A DNA stretch of 64,000 bases, from the IMG/VR virus record IMGVR_UViG_3300008952_000006, positions 96,001 through 160,000 of that record; one strand, written 5' to 3'. Origin of the DNA: a virus. Made by a program: the position numbers and the translations under genes. The notes under the pieces were generated by a model. It searched no databases and had not been told where the DNA came from. It saw only the letters and a program-made list of their open reading frames with translations. This document shows positions 36,701-46,800 of the stretch, in pieces (position 1 is the stretch's first letter; each line of letters begins with the position of its first letter).

Positions 36701-37342
36701 AGCGTCTGCGTGCAGCGTGACTGTCTGACCAAGATCTACTTGGCCGCCCTCCATATTTACCCCGCTAGCAATCTTGCGGGCTCCGAGGCCTTTTGAGACG
36801 GTATTCAAATAGCGCTCTAGACCGCGAGACCACCCCTCATCGGCGTCAAACTCTACTGTCTCATTAGCTGCGCTCATTGAGGTTGCTCGAGAAGGAGCTT
36901 CGCTAGGGTATTCCGCGTTGTCCGCGCCTAAAATTGCAGGGTCCTGAATCTCAAGCAGGACTGTGAACGTTTCTTCTGGCCCAGCGATAGTGCCAGGGCC
37001 GCTAGGGTCTGCTATGTAGGGCTCGGCAGTAACACGAACCAGCCAGCGCCCAGGTATGTTGGGGGTAAACACGCGGGGATCGGCCACGGTACCAGTTCCC
37101 GCCATAGCGATAGATAGCCCATCTGGACCGAACAGGTCCCAAGAAGCCGAGCCTATATTGTACTCACCTAAAGATGCGGATGCGTCTGTGTCAAAAGCAT
37201 CGGTGGGTGCAGCAGGATTGTTGTCCCTATCTAGCCAGATATGACACGGGGAAGAAGCCTCCTGATCATAAGTGACCGAGTGGGGGAGATTGTCGTTGGA
37301 CTGTTCCCCGGAACCAAGATGTCTAATTACAAGAATAGCCAC
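33767..37342 (-). CDS. Tail fibre-like mosaic protein (~1191 aa), G/S/T-rich repeats
   Basis: GTG 37342 after GGAGGAG. Modules GDVVGPASSVNDSLARFDGTTGKLIQD and ETDPIFTAS..WGDHGAAGYLT, plus repeated SGxxxIxTG units. Confidence 0.7.
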   Translation of the reverse strand: MAILVIRHLGSGEQSNDNLPHSVTYDQEASSPCHIWLDRDNNPAAPTDAFDTDASASLGEYNIGSASWDLFGPDGLSIAMAGTGTVADPRVFTPNIPGRWLVRVTAEPYIADPSGPGTIAGPEETFTVLLEIQDPAILGADNAEYPSEAPSRATSMSAANETVEFDADEGWSRGLERYLNTVSKGLGARKIASGVNMEGGQVDLGQTVTLHADALDTWKNATASAEDYQNFVVQFKLIGDGDASVTTGPIFLALHDQIADGDRSYLLVEGLIPVDTTTLNGGGAASMGDLVYVGVGNALTTDAGPLANKRIVGVVASTGTDTDTNPGSIWFHGSTHIAGVVHSSGDSTDEHLVRWDGNNTHIVQDSLVRLSQAAGSRVGFSTPGGEDIHFYPGTVSSAEGVVLTDDGAGNLEASFGAGSPSAGKVATFHGDVDITGNLDPTGVIFTETTAGNVPTGANEGAIFVSSADNNLYYIPASSGAPVLIGGGTGDVVGPASSVNDSLARFDGTTGKLIQDTGSNARCTNTGNMTIVGLRTNTLRVGIGTPTTPGYVLTAGTVNGDGVWAAPSIGAETDPIFTASDSFGITTADITNWDNAFGWGDHGAAGYLTAVVDDATPFLGGNLVVNGHDITSSGSGFIRIKTPTAANTGALFFSTGSSNAAGDSGEVLINTGNSITSGDSGELVIKTGNASGGDSGGVTIETGTASGTRGDISLDTGALGTVEVSGRLTAANTIQSDTAFKLTNTAGTIGHVLTSIDVSGTAQWAAPAGGSTPSWSSTLSVDAATNGQSPLIEFGDVLSFERVGGGGPTESATITGWTSPTAPNKGITIDGDVRINAYDDLYFGTDVSASIPHTLFENNAASAASAFKIQTSDSDPLVTITTRTPNFEVTTGDTLVDGGGGNQTKSGDIALETGQTDATGGQAAGNTGSITLTTGRASASSGGTGGSRSGDITLQTGMADDGSGGSIVLATHWANTTTRGVIHADTAGFVGPSRASGTAAINAQSGHPTVPALYIVEFDAYSMDAVNPTTMIYTWVPQDTIQIYDVMVWNIDSNTQQPLHAATPVGTAGHGIDIQLFNMSIGGHVINSSILRPMSPYNGTAPSGWPAGMDLSPHGVLMKGSQVRASANNLTDDNYALNTHHRCRGIEFAHGLIGAGNPVDIVLSTGPFVAASLGGPYQVFIYAYVRGHGSLP

Positions 37343-37344
37343 GA

Positions 37345-40300
37345 TTATACTCCTCCAAACGTGCCAGTACCCCAAGCCGTAATACCCCAGCCGAGGGCTG
37401 AATGGTGGAAAGCTTTAAGAGAGACATCTTCGTCCATATGATACGACCAAGCCCCACCAGATTTCATCTGATAGGGTCGGTAATTACGCACAATTATATC
37501 ATAATACCCAAACCCTGGAAGCGCGGCGGGGATATCAAATTCAAGTACGTGGCCGTCACTGGGTTGGTCTGGCCCCCCGTAAACAAACTTAGATGTACCG
37601 CTGCGATTATTACCCAGGAAGCCTACAATTTTACCCGCGTTAATACCTGTCTCAAAAAAGTAATTACTAACAGGTGTCTCTACCCCGGTATCTGAATTTC
37701 TAAAAAACACCCACGATCCTCCGATTATGCCTTCAGGTGTCGCCGCTGTCGGATCGCCATAACTGTCCGGATTTTCGTCTGGAACATCGACCCGGGTTGG
37801 GTCATCATTACAGAAATAAAACCCGCAAAGTCTAATATCGTAACCGGCAGAAAGCGCTAGGATCATTTTAATACTTGGGGCGGGAATAAAGAACTCCGTA
37901 AACCCTTGTGTGAAATGGTACTCCTTTGGGGCGCGGACCTTAACCCCGAAATGGATGTTCTGTAGGTAGGTGGAGACGTGAGGAGAGTAATCCCAATCCT
38001 CTAGATTGTTGCCGCCCGCAGGGTGGATCGCGCCAATATCTTCGTAGCCCCAAACCATGGGGACGTTTGCCGGATTAGGGAGGGAACTCCAAATAGAATA
38101 GTTGCCTGGGCTTGTTGAGGGGATAAACTGCTTGTCCAGGGCGACAGTCGGATCATACGGGTGCTGCTGCAGCTCTCGTTGCATCTGGACAGCCTGCAGA
38201 TGGTACAAAGGACTGTGGCCCAGATAGCCAGAAGTGCCGTCCTCCATGATTGCGGCCCCAACGTTTACTTCAAACTCTGACGCGCTGACTACATTAGCCA
38301 CAGTATACTCATCGTTTAATCTGACTGAGTTCGGTAGAGTGGTCGTCTGGTCTGTGTTCCAGATGTGGACCTTATCCCCCGCAATAAGGTGATGCGTGAA
38401 TGGTGGTGGCACTTTAATGCTAACGATTGGCAAACCAGAAGCGTCTATATCATCAATAATACAACCAAAAGAGGCAGGGGTCTTTTCCCAGGTACCGTCA
38501 AAAGTGGGGGTAGCGGACCACCAATCGGCAACATCTATCCCGCCAGTCCCGTCCGGGTAAGTGGCGGGAGGGTTTCCTGGGGTGTCCATGGGTATAAACT
38601 TCGTCAGGAAAATGGTCGGGTCAGACTCTGGGCCGTAATCAATATGTTTATCTTGTTGCCAAATGGTCTCGAGCAAGAAGTAAGGTCGAGTGCCAGTAGA
38701 CCCGGGCATCGCTACATGGTCAGTATTACTGCGTGATAAAACAGGAGTCCCGTCTGCAGGGGCTTCTATTGTTGCGATTGCCCCACTCCTGCGACCTACA
38801 AGGGTAAGGGTTGCGCCCGCATGAGCGGCATCATTAAAGACCGTTTCGATAACATCTAGCCGAGTCTCGTCTCCGTAAGCATTGTAGTTCTCCGTAGCTG
38901 TAGTGGGTGGGTTGTCCCAGTCATGGGTATCTTCCGTGTCAGACCTATCAAACCCTAGGATTAAGTAAGTATTCGGGTGCTCAACCTGTGGGCTGAATAT
39001 GCCCTTGGTTGCATCCGCCGGATCAAAAGCGGGTATTCTTGGGTGTACTCCTGCGCCAATGTGGAGGATTACTGGAGGCGCGGTATCCCAGATAGGTGAA
39101 TCACCTGAATCTAGAACAACCGGGGCCGCACTTCCCGTAGCATCGCTGTAAATATCAACAGGCTCACCAAACTCGAACTCAATATCTTCCTGGAGGCCTG
39201 CTATATCTTTTGTGACGGGAACCCATAACCTCGACCTGAGAACATCAATGTCGGAGTTCACGGTATTTATCATGTCTAAAGTGGTGCGGCGAGAGTTCCA
39301 GGAACCATCGCCAGAGTAATCGTCTAGGACGCCCTCGCAGTACCCGGACTCATACTTTTCTAGGACATCCTCCTTGTCCCAATGGGCCATTATTGCTGGT
39401 CCCACTAAGGCTGCAGTTGGCGCGATAAGGTCACCGAAAAAGTAAAGCACCGAGCCCGGGGCTAAAGCGTTTATGTCTACGCCGTAAGAGCTATTTATAA
39501 ATAAATCCATGTAAATAGGGGACCCGTTGGCGGGCGTTCCTATAGGGTTACTCCATTGGACAGCGGCTTCTACGTAGTGAATATAGGGGTCTCCGGGGAC
39601 AAATATCCCTATGCAGGAGTTTACGTACAAACCAACCTGATCCCCAGCAATCTCTGCACCAAGCTGGGTAAGGTTGGCTGTGACTTGCTGGTAGGGATCT
39701 ACCTGTGCTTGCGGGGGGTCTACGGACATACCGTAGGCAAAAGACGCCTCAAGCCTAAGCCTGTAAAGGTTGGTGGTTGGTATAGACTGGGTCCAGAAGT
39801 TTGTATCGCTCAGCGTAAACTCGAGGTAGGCGGCCCCCGCCAGTCCGGGGTAGGTTACAGACGACACCTTCTCGAAGGTCTTTTCTTTTGGCCATATGAG
39901 ATCCTCCCTGTCTTGAGGTATGGGGGACGAGGCCATGGCCCAAAATGGGGAAGTGCTCGGAGTATCCTCTAGAATAAGTGTTGGCTCTAGGAATACAGTG
40001 TCTAACACGCTGATTTCATCAGAAAGTTTAAGAGAACCAACCAAGATAAAATCTGTATACGCTGGCTTAGCTTCGTTTAAAAACGATTTAACCAGAGGAA
40101 ACACTTGCGTAGTCTGTGTGATGTCCATGGGGACTTCCACGACAAACTTGTGGTACTTCTCAATAATCGAGGGTTCTTTGTCTACAATGTGCTCGATTCC
40201 GTATTCGTCCACGTACTTGTCTACGTTCCCGCCAAACTGCCTCTCAATCAAATCTGGGTCTGAGATGTAATCCTCAATGCCAACAACGTCTACAAGCTTC

Positions 40301-43300
40301 GAGTAAGGAAGGACTTTGGCGTCTTCCATGACCGCGAGGATATCGGGAGAAACAACTTCTAAAACACCGTCAGTGGTCTTGTAGTAGACACCATTTTCCA
40401 GGGTTAAATCCCAATACAAGGGGTCTCGAAGCGCCTGATACACATTACCCGTAACAGGATTAGTGGCTATATCGGCCCCTCGGGGGTAGATGTAGGTATA
40501 CTCCCGTCCATCCTCGTCTTCGATAAGAATGCGCCCATCCTGGAGATCTGTAGGCTCATCAATGGCTTTTATCTGTCCCTTTGCCTCGGCGTAGGGGAGG
40601 TCAAACATGGACTGGATGGCTAGCTGTAGATTATCGAAATGTGGTCCGCTCATAAAGGCAAACCAAACCGCTTTCGTTACAGAGAGGTAATCCAGACTGT
40701 CATCGTAAGAGTCTACAAGCTCTTTGGGTAGCCCAATAAAAAGCCCGAAGTTATTCTCGATGGTCTTCCAATTATCAAAGTAAGAAACCTCGGCCCAAAG
40801 AGAGTCGGGGCCTGGGCGATAAGCGCTGTATCTAGGAGCCCAAAAGCGCAGCTTCTCCGCCGTGTGGTCCAGCTGTCTGTCCAGGGTAAGAGATCCATCA
40901 ATATTATAACTAATAATCCTGTAAACAGAGGAATCACCCGCACCAAGACAGATGGTATCAATGGGCAGGGAGGAGTCCTCGCCAACAAACTGGAGAGTCC
41001 CTGTCTCTTGGTACATGGTTGCTAAGTCTGGGTGGGTGACTACGGTGTCGGGGTAGACAATGTTGGTGCCAGCAACCGTGCTAAGAGTCCCCCCAAACCA
41101 ATCGACAAGGGAGATTACGCCATCGGTTATCCTATAGTCAAAGTTCTCTTGTAAGTCCGACACTATAGAGGTTGTGCCCAGCCTCGGTATGCTTACAAGA
41201 TCGGTAACCTTTGCCAGCCTCCTGGCCAGAACAAGTGCTTTAGGGGTTATCGCCACGTCAACCAAATCACCAGCAACCCAGTCTTTCGGGGCACCCGATA
41301 CAGTTGCTTGCAGAGACAGAGCGGACAGCAGCGGAAACCACTCCACAAAAACACACTGGTCCCCCGCCGCTAGGATTGGTAGCGACACAGATATCTCGCT
41401 CGACGTGTAGGGGTCTACAACCGATATGACCAAGTAGTCGCCAAGAGTAATCGTGTGCGCAGACAGGTCTAGTTCTGACCCAAAAGAAACGTAGGGGGTT
41501 TGCTCCAAGCTAGTGTTTTCTACAGTGCGTAAATGGTCCCATTTTCGTGCAAACCCATCTACGGTTTGTGCCACGATCTCCCCAGGGAGACCGCCACCGA
41601 CATCCTCTTTCAAAAGAACAGAGTTTGGTGTCAAGGAGGGGCTTACTTCGGCAATGTCAACTATCTGAGGGTTCTCCCCAAGCTCGTCGTAAATCCGCAG
41701 AACGTCCCTAGTAATATCCGCTTCCGAAGCAATCGGGTAAGTCGGGTCTGACAGAACCGTACTTTTCGCGGGGGTTTGTGGCACCAAAATAGACGGGTCT
41801 TCAACAAAGTACCCCCCTGTACGCTCAGCCAGAACCTCAAAGACCGGAAAAGCCTCCACCGAAGTGGTGATGGACCATTGCGGCTCAGTCGCACCGGTAG
41901 CCACAGGAAGCTCAACAACGCCAGTTACCTCAACAACAAACGGCGGGTAAAGTGATGTCCTTAAAAGAGCCTTGCCTGTGAGAAAAGGGATCGTCGCAGA
42001 CTCTGCGGTTATGGCGGTATCTACGACATTAATAGTCGTTGGCTCAGGAACAACCATATCTTGCTTTGTTATAATATCCGGCTGTGTGATGTAGGCCGTA
42101 TACCCTGCGGGGATGTCGATCCTCGTGTCGTAATGAAGCCACCGTCTTTGGTATCGTCGCGATGTGTCTTTTAACGCCTTCGAGTAATCGTTCTGCCAAG
42201 CGGTCATCAGGTCCGAGGAGACAGCCTGGGTCATGGCGGACCACACAGACGTAATTTGATCCTTGTCCGGGACAAGCTTCCAAAAATCGCTGAGGTACTT
42301 CCAGACGTAACCAGAGTTAGGTCTGTGAGACAACAGCTGGTTGGTCACCGTAGCAGAGAACACTACCTTGCTGGGGAAGCTATCGCGTACGCCATTATTA
42401 ACAGTAAGAGAAAGCGCGTAGACACCGGGCTTGTCGGGGATAAAGATTGGGTTCATCATCGCTGAACCGGAGCCACCAGACAGGCCATAAACACCCGTCT
42501 CAAGAATCTCAGTCCCTGCAGAGGCTAAAACAGCCAGTTCCGCCCTAAAGATGCCTGGGTAGACAACTTGTTCAGAAGTAGTGGTGCCTGTAGCGCTGTC
42601 AAAAACAAAGCCGATGTTGGCTGAGCCGCCAGAAACCTCAACGTTGTAGCCAGCGGCCAAGGGGTTCTTGAATGCCTGGACCAGGGCCCCTGAAGTAGTT
42701 GTAACATTACCGGCGTCGTCCATGCCGAGCATGATCGTTAATGTCTCAAGGGCGCTATCCCAGACCAGGGCCAGCAACGAGTTAGCGGGACCCTCCTCAA
42801 TGAGGACAGTAAAGCCATCCGCCTTCTTGGTTGGGCGTTTGCTCGTAATCACTGCCACGGGAATACCACCAACCAGAATTTCTGTGGAGGCGTGGGCGGC
42901 CCCCTGGATAGCGGCAACGCTCCCGTCAGGGTAAACATCAACCTCCCAATTATAGCTTAGGCTTCTCCCTGACGGATCGAAGCTTTTGCTCCCCACAAGC
43001 TGGAGAGAGGACCCGACTACTGTCTGGTGTTCCGCAAAACCATCAGCTACGGGGCGGTCTTCCGGGAAAACCTTGCTGCTGGCTAAACGAAGAGACCCTA
43101 CAGATAAAACGGCCTCATTGCCCGAAGTCGCGGGGACGCCCTTGCTTATAAGTCGTAGCTTTGTTGACGCGGACGCTTGCAGGTAAACAGAGTCGTTGAA
43201 AGACCCTGTGGATGGCTTGGCGGCCAGACTATACTTCAGTGACGCATCGGTATCGTCCGCGTTTGTTAGGTAAGCTTCTTCCGAGGAGGCTACGTAAACA

Positions 43301-43830
43301 GCAATCCGCCCCAAGTCTCCGTCAATGATGGCGCGTATGTTTACCCCCGGTATAAACATCCCTGCGTCATCCAAGATAAGGTCTTTTGAGCCAGCAAGGA
43401 CAGTCGGCGTGGGGTCTTCCGGGTAGGCTGCGAGGGCTATGCCGTCGTAAGAGAATAGGAACCCTGCCGTGTACCCCTGTTGATTGATTGCACCTATAAA
43501 CACACGGTCATCAGGGTCCGCAAAAGACTTGGGCAGCGCGTCAGAAAGATAAACGTCAAACTCAAATGTAAACGTTGAAGGCACTGCGGCTGGGAGGTGG
43601 TCAGACACCTGGAGCACCGACTTGATAACGGTATCCAGAGAATTGGTCGTGCCATCCGCAAGAAGTGTAGTGAACCCATCACTTGTGACCACTGTCGGAT
43701 ACGGGATAAAAGCGTACTGGTCGATCTCCTCTACAGGGTCCGACAAAAGGGCGTCAGACACGTAAGAAGTCGTGTCTGCGCGTATATTCCAGTCGATAAT
43801 GTCGAACTTTGTTGAGGAAGGAACCGGCAT
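37345..43830 (-). CDS. Very large baseplate wedge-like structural protein (2161 aa)
   Basis: PKD-like segment (GSKSFDPSGRSLSYNW...PDKPGVYALSLTVNNG) and LNEAKPAYT wedge-type motif; lies directly downstream of the baseplate J-like gene. Confidence 0.65.
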   Translation of the reverse strand: MPVPSSTKFDIIDWNIRADTTSYVSDALLSDPVEEIDQYAFIPYPTVVTSDGFTTLLADGTTNSLDTVIKSVLQVSDHLPAAVPSTFTFEFDVYLSDALPKSFADPDDRVFIGAINQQGYTAGFLFSYDGIALAAYPEDPTPTVLAGSKDLILDDAGMFIPGVNIRAIIDGDLGRIAVYVASSEEAYLTNADDTDASLKYSLAAKPSTGSFNDSVYLQASASTKLRLISKGVPATSGNEAVLSVGSLRLASSKVFPEDRPVADGFAEHQTVVGSSLQLVGSKSFDPSGRSLSYNWEVDVYPDGSVAAIQGAAHASTEILVGGIPVAVITSKRPTKKADGFTVLIEEGPANSLLALVWDSALETLTIMLGMDDAGNVTTTSGALVQAFKNPLAAGYNVEVSGGSANIGFVFDSATGTTTSEQVVYPGIFRAELAVLASAGTEILETGVYGLSGGSGSAMMNPIFIPDKPGVYALSLTVNNGVRDSFPSKVVFSATVTNQLLSHRPNSGYVWKYLSDFWKLVPDKDQITSVWSAMTQAVSSDLMTAWQNDYSKALKDTSRRYQRRWLHYDTRIDIPAGYTAYITQPDIITKQDMVVPEPTTINVVDTAITAESATIPFLTGKALLRTSLYPPFVVEVTGVVELPVATGATEPQWSITTSVEAFPVFEVLAERTGGYFVEDPSILVPQTPAKSTVLSDPTYPIASEADITRDVLRIYDELGENPQIVDIAEVSPSLTPNSVLLKEDVGGGLPGEIVAQTVDGFARKWDHLRTVENTSLEQTPYVSFGSELDLSAHTITLGDYLVISVVDPYTSSEISVSLPILAAGDQCVFVEWFPLLSALSLQATVSGAPKDWVAGDLVDVAITPKALVLARRLAKVTDLVSIPRLGTTSIVSDLQENFDYRITDGVISLVDWFGGTLSTVAGTNIVYPDTVVTHPDLATMYQETGTLQFVGEDSSLPIDTICLGAGDSSVYRIISYNIDGSLTLDRQLDHTAEKLRFWAPRYSAYRPGPDSLWAEVSYFDNWKTIENNFGLFIGLPKELVDSYDDSLDYLSVTKAVWFAFMSGPHFDNLQLAIQSMFDLPYAEAKGQIKAIDEPTDLQDGRILIEDEDGREYTYIYPRGADIATNPVTGNVYQALRDPLYWDLTLENGVYYKTTDGVLEVVSPDILAVMEDAKVLPYSKLVDVVGIEDYISDPDLIERQFGGNVDKYVDEYGIEHIVDKEPSIIEKYHKFVVEVPMDITQTTQVFPLVKSFLNEAKPAYTDFILVGSLKLSDEISVLDTVFLEPTLILEDTPSTSPFWAMASSPIPQDREDLIWPKEKTFEKVSSVTYPGLAGAAYLEFTLSDTNFWTQSIPTTNLYRLRLEASFAYGMSVDPPQAQVDPYQQVTANLTQLGAEIAGDQVGLYVNSCIGIFVPGDPYIHYVEAAVQWSNPIGTPANGSPIYMDLFINSSYGVDINALAPGSVLYFFGDLIAPTAALVGPAIMAHWDKEDVLEKYESGYCEGVLDDYSGDGSWNSRRTTLDMINTVNSDIDVLRSRLWVPVTKDIAGLQEDIEFEFGEPVDIYSDATGSAAPVVLDSGDSPIWDTAPPVILHIGAGVHPRIPAFDPADATKGIFSPQVEHPNTYLILGFDRSDTEDTHDWDNPPTTATENYNAYGDETRLDVIETVFNDAAHAGATLTLVGRRSGAIATIEAPADGTPVLSRSNTDHVAMPGSTGTRPYFLLETIWQQDKHIDYGPESDPTIFLTKFIPMDTPGNPPATYPDGTGGIDVADWWSATPTFDGTWEKTPASFGCIIDDIDASGLPIVSIKVPPPFTHHLIAGDKVHIWNTDQTTTLPNSVRLNDEYTVANVVSASEFEVNVGAAIMEDGTSGYLGHSPLYHLQAVQMQRELQQHPYDPTVALDKQFIPSTSPGNYSIWSSLPNPANVPMVWGYEDIGAIHPAGGNNLEDWDYSPHVSTYLQNIHFGVKVRAPKEYHFTQGFTEFFIPAPSIKMILALSAGYDIRLCGFYFCNDDPTRVDVPDENPDSYGDPTAATPEGIIGGSWVFFRNSDTGVETPVSNYFFETGINAGKIVGFLGNNRSGTSKFVYGGPDQPSDGHVLEFDIPAALPGFGYYDIIVRNYRPYQMKSGGAWSYHMDEDVSLKAFHHSALGWGITAWGTGTFGGV

Positions 43831-43831
43831 C

Positions 43832-46800
43832 CTAGGTCACCTTATTAACAGTAATACCTGCCAAGTCTTCCATGATATGGAAACGCTTATTCAAGTAAAT
43901 GATATCAACGCTGCGAGCGACCTTAAGGACGCGATTTTCATCGTGCAGTAAGAACTCAACAACTTGCGGGAACTGGATGTACCCAACACCTTTACGCGCC
44001 ATAATGGCGGAAATATCGTAAAGCTCCAGCGGCGCGTTAGGGTACAGAGTTTTAAAGTGTTCTTCCAGGATACCCTGCACCTCGGTAGGAGATAATCTTG
44101 TGTCACCATAATTAAGCTCACCGATTGGGTAGGCGGGAAAGAAATGGCGGGACAGAGGATTATTGCAAACCACCCTGAGTGAGGGACTCAGTAAAAAGCC
44201 TTGAATATCAGACACCACCTGTGACCGATCATACGTGATTGTGACGTCCGCGCCGGGAAGGGGATACACTGTGTCAAAACTATCCTGAACGTCGCTCAGA
44301 ACGACGCTGGTAGTCCGTAAGCTGCATTCCTCACCCAGAGAGTAGGAGTAGTTTGCATTTTTAACGATCATCTCATAGCCAAGAGACTTATGACCCTCGA
44401 CAGACAGTTGGGTGTTGTCCGTGATGAGGGCTGTCGGTGTGTTCGGGTCGTAAGAGGTCAGGGTCACGGGGGCTGTGTATAGACCAAAACCATTATCCGT
44501 CATATCGGACGGGTAAATGCGTTGATACTTGTACCTACGCGCCTCAACAAAGACGCTTTGTATGTCAGTAACCGGCGTTGGCTGACCACCATCAACAGAG
44601 GTAATTTCAAGCTCCCACCGAGCGACCCCGCCAGGAGCGGTGTTTTTGTCGATATAGTTGACCGCAGTAACTAGGTAGGGATCAAATAACTCCGCCCCAC
44701 CACCTGCAGGGTAATAATTGTTATCTCGGTGAATCAGGTCAGTGTTGACCCGCAGTTCTGTGAGTATTCCGATGGTCCCGTCGTTCGTAAGCTCAATCGG
44801 GAGGTTAGACGAGATTTGTAGAAAGTACTCCTCGGGAGAGCCTGTGGGATCGGGCTCAATCACCGCCGCTTTAAGCTTGTCGCCTACCTGACGGTTAATG
44901 TCAGAAACGGCCTGCTCAAGCGTTGTCGGATTTGGACCACTAAAGACAACCGACTTCTTTGCGCCGTCAATATTAATAACAAGTGTTTTCCCCGCCAACG
45001 ATAGGTTCTCATCATCCAGGAAGGGGGCGGCACCATTAAAGGCTGCGGAGCGCATAACGCGGGTAAGAATCGTAAGGCGATCTCCTACCTTTATATCGTG
45101 CTTGAGGAAATTAACATCCAAGCTGTATATTTTCGCGTTGTCTAGCGTCCCGTCTATGGTCAAGTCCGTGGTGGTGTACCCTGTTTTGTACAGAACAGCC
45201 GACTCAAGAGGTGACGGCCTAAACTTATAGGTCTTGTCGTCACCTGCCGTTTCTATGCCCGGTGTGCTGCGGACAGAGACGTAGCTAAACTCCGTGTCAG
45301 GACCTGCCTCAAAGAAGGTGGGATCCTTGAACACAAGCTGCGCTGTGCCAACGGCGGGGCGGCCTAACGAGAACTGGACGTTTTCAATAGCAGAAGACAG
45401 CCCTGAGATAGTCCTGTCTAATACCAAGGCGTTGAGGAACCCGGTACCCCCACCCGTATTAACATTAACAAAGTCCTCAACGTAAAAGTACTTGTTGGGC
45501 TCATCAAGTGTCTCAATGCGGAGGACGTCGTACCTGATAGTCTTGTACTCGGTAACAAAGTCCTCATTATCGTCAACAATGAGGTGTAGTCGGGGTTCGC
45601 CGCCATAAGAGAGTACCTCTAAAGTGGGCGGAAAAGGGTTATTCCCCAGAGACTCCTCGTTAATTGGGTCGTCATTCAAGCCAGCGAAAGAGCTTGCGAT
45701 AATGTCCACAGGGTTCTTATAGGGCACAGAAACACCCTCTACCTCATCCCCGGACAGGGAAACAGACTTAACTCTAACTAGCGGAAGGTCTACGCCAGCG
45801 GCTTGTTTTGTATAAACCCTGTAAGAAAGGGCAGAGCCAGACTCGGTTATCGCGGTTTCTGTAACAAGCGTGTTGAGATTCTTCCCGGTTACACGGTACT
45901 CCCCACGGGCCTCAATCGAGTCTATAGAGATGTACACGGCAACGTCTGCTGGATCAGTCCCGAAGTCAAACCCTGTGGGGCAGAACACAGAGAAATCATT
46001 TTTTTGGACAATCAGGTCTGCGCCCTGCTGAAGGACTATCAAGGGTTTATCAATGCTAGTGGTGCACCCAAAGAGGGCCCGGAAACGCATCCCCGCGTAG
46101 GCAGCGCCTGCTGGGAACGCACCATCAACCTTAACTCCGGTTGCGGTCGTATGAATAGCACGGAAAAACCGGGGCTGGAGATCAGGACTCGGCACATCAA
46201 GGAGTTCAATAACAAGGTTATCAAGGCTTATGATGCCAGCGGCACCATAATGGGTAGCGATGGCAGACAGGAGGGCAAGACTGTCAAAGTGTGTGTCATC
46301 CCAAGCCGAATCAATAGCTCCATCGGTTGCTTGAAGCAGGACTTCATACTCTGGTGGTGGGTCTGTTGGTGATGGGGCAGGAAGGGCATCGGGGTCTAGA
46401 GCCTCGGGCTGCAAGCGGATAGGGGGCGTCGTGCGCTCCTCGGCAGCCGTCGCCTTTACGTACACATCCGTCATGCCGCCAATATGAATCTTGTCGTTCT
46501 CGATCTCGAAGTCACCGCCAAACCAACCGGGAAAGGGGACGCTGCCTGGAATGCCTGAGACCACAATACCTGTGTCGCCCATGTCGCCAGATGCGCCTTC
46601 GTATACCTGAAGAACTTGGTGGTCTAGCAGGTGTTGGAGGGCAATATTGTTGGTCAGATAGTCAAATTCCGAATTATCCAAGTTTCCTGGCTCTCCGTAA
46701 TGGGCAGGGCCCATGGGGTGGGGGAGAAGGAACCCAAAAGACCCCGCGTAGTTGATAAAGGACATTTCATCGAGATCAAAGTCAGTCTGTGTCTGATCTG

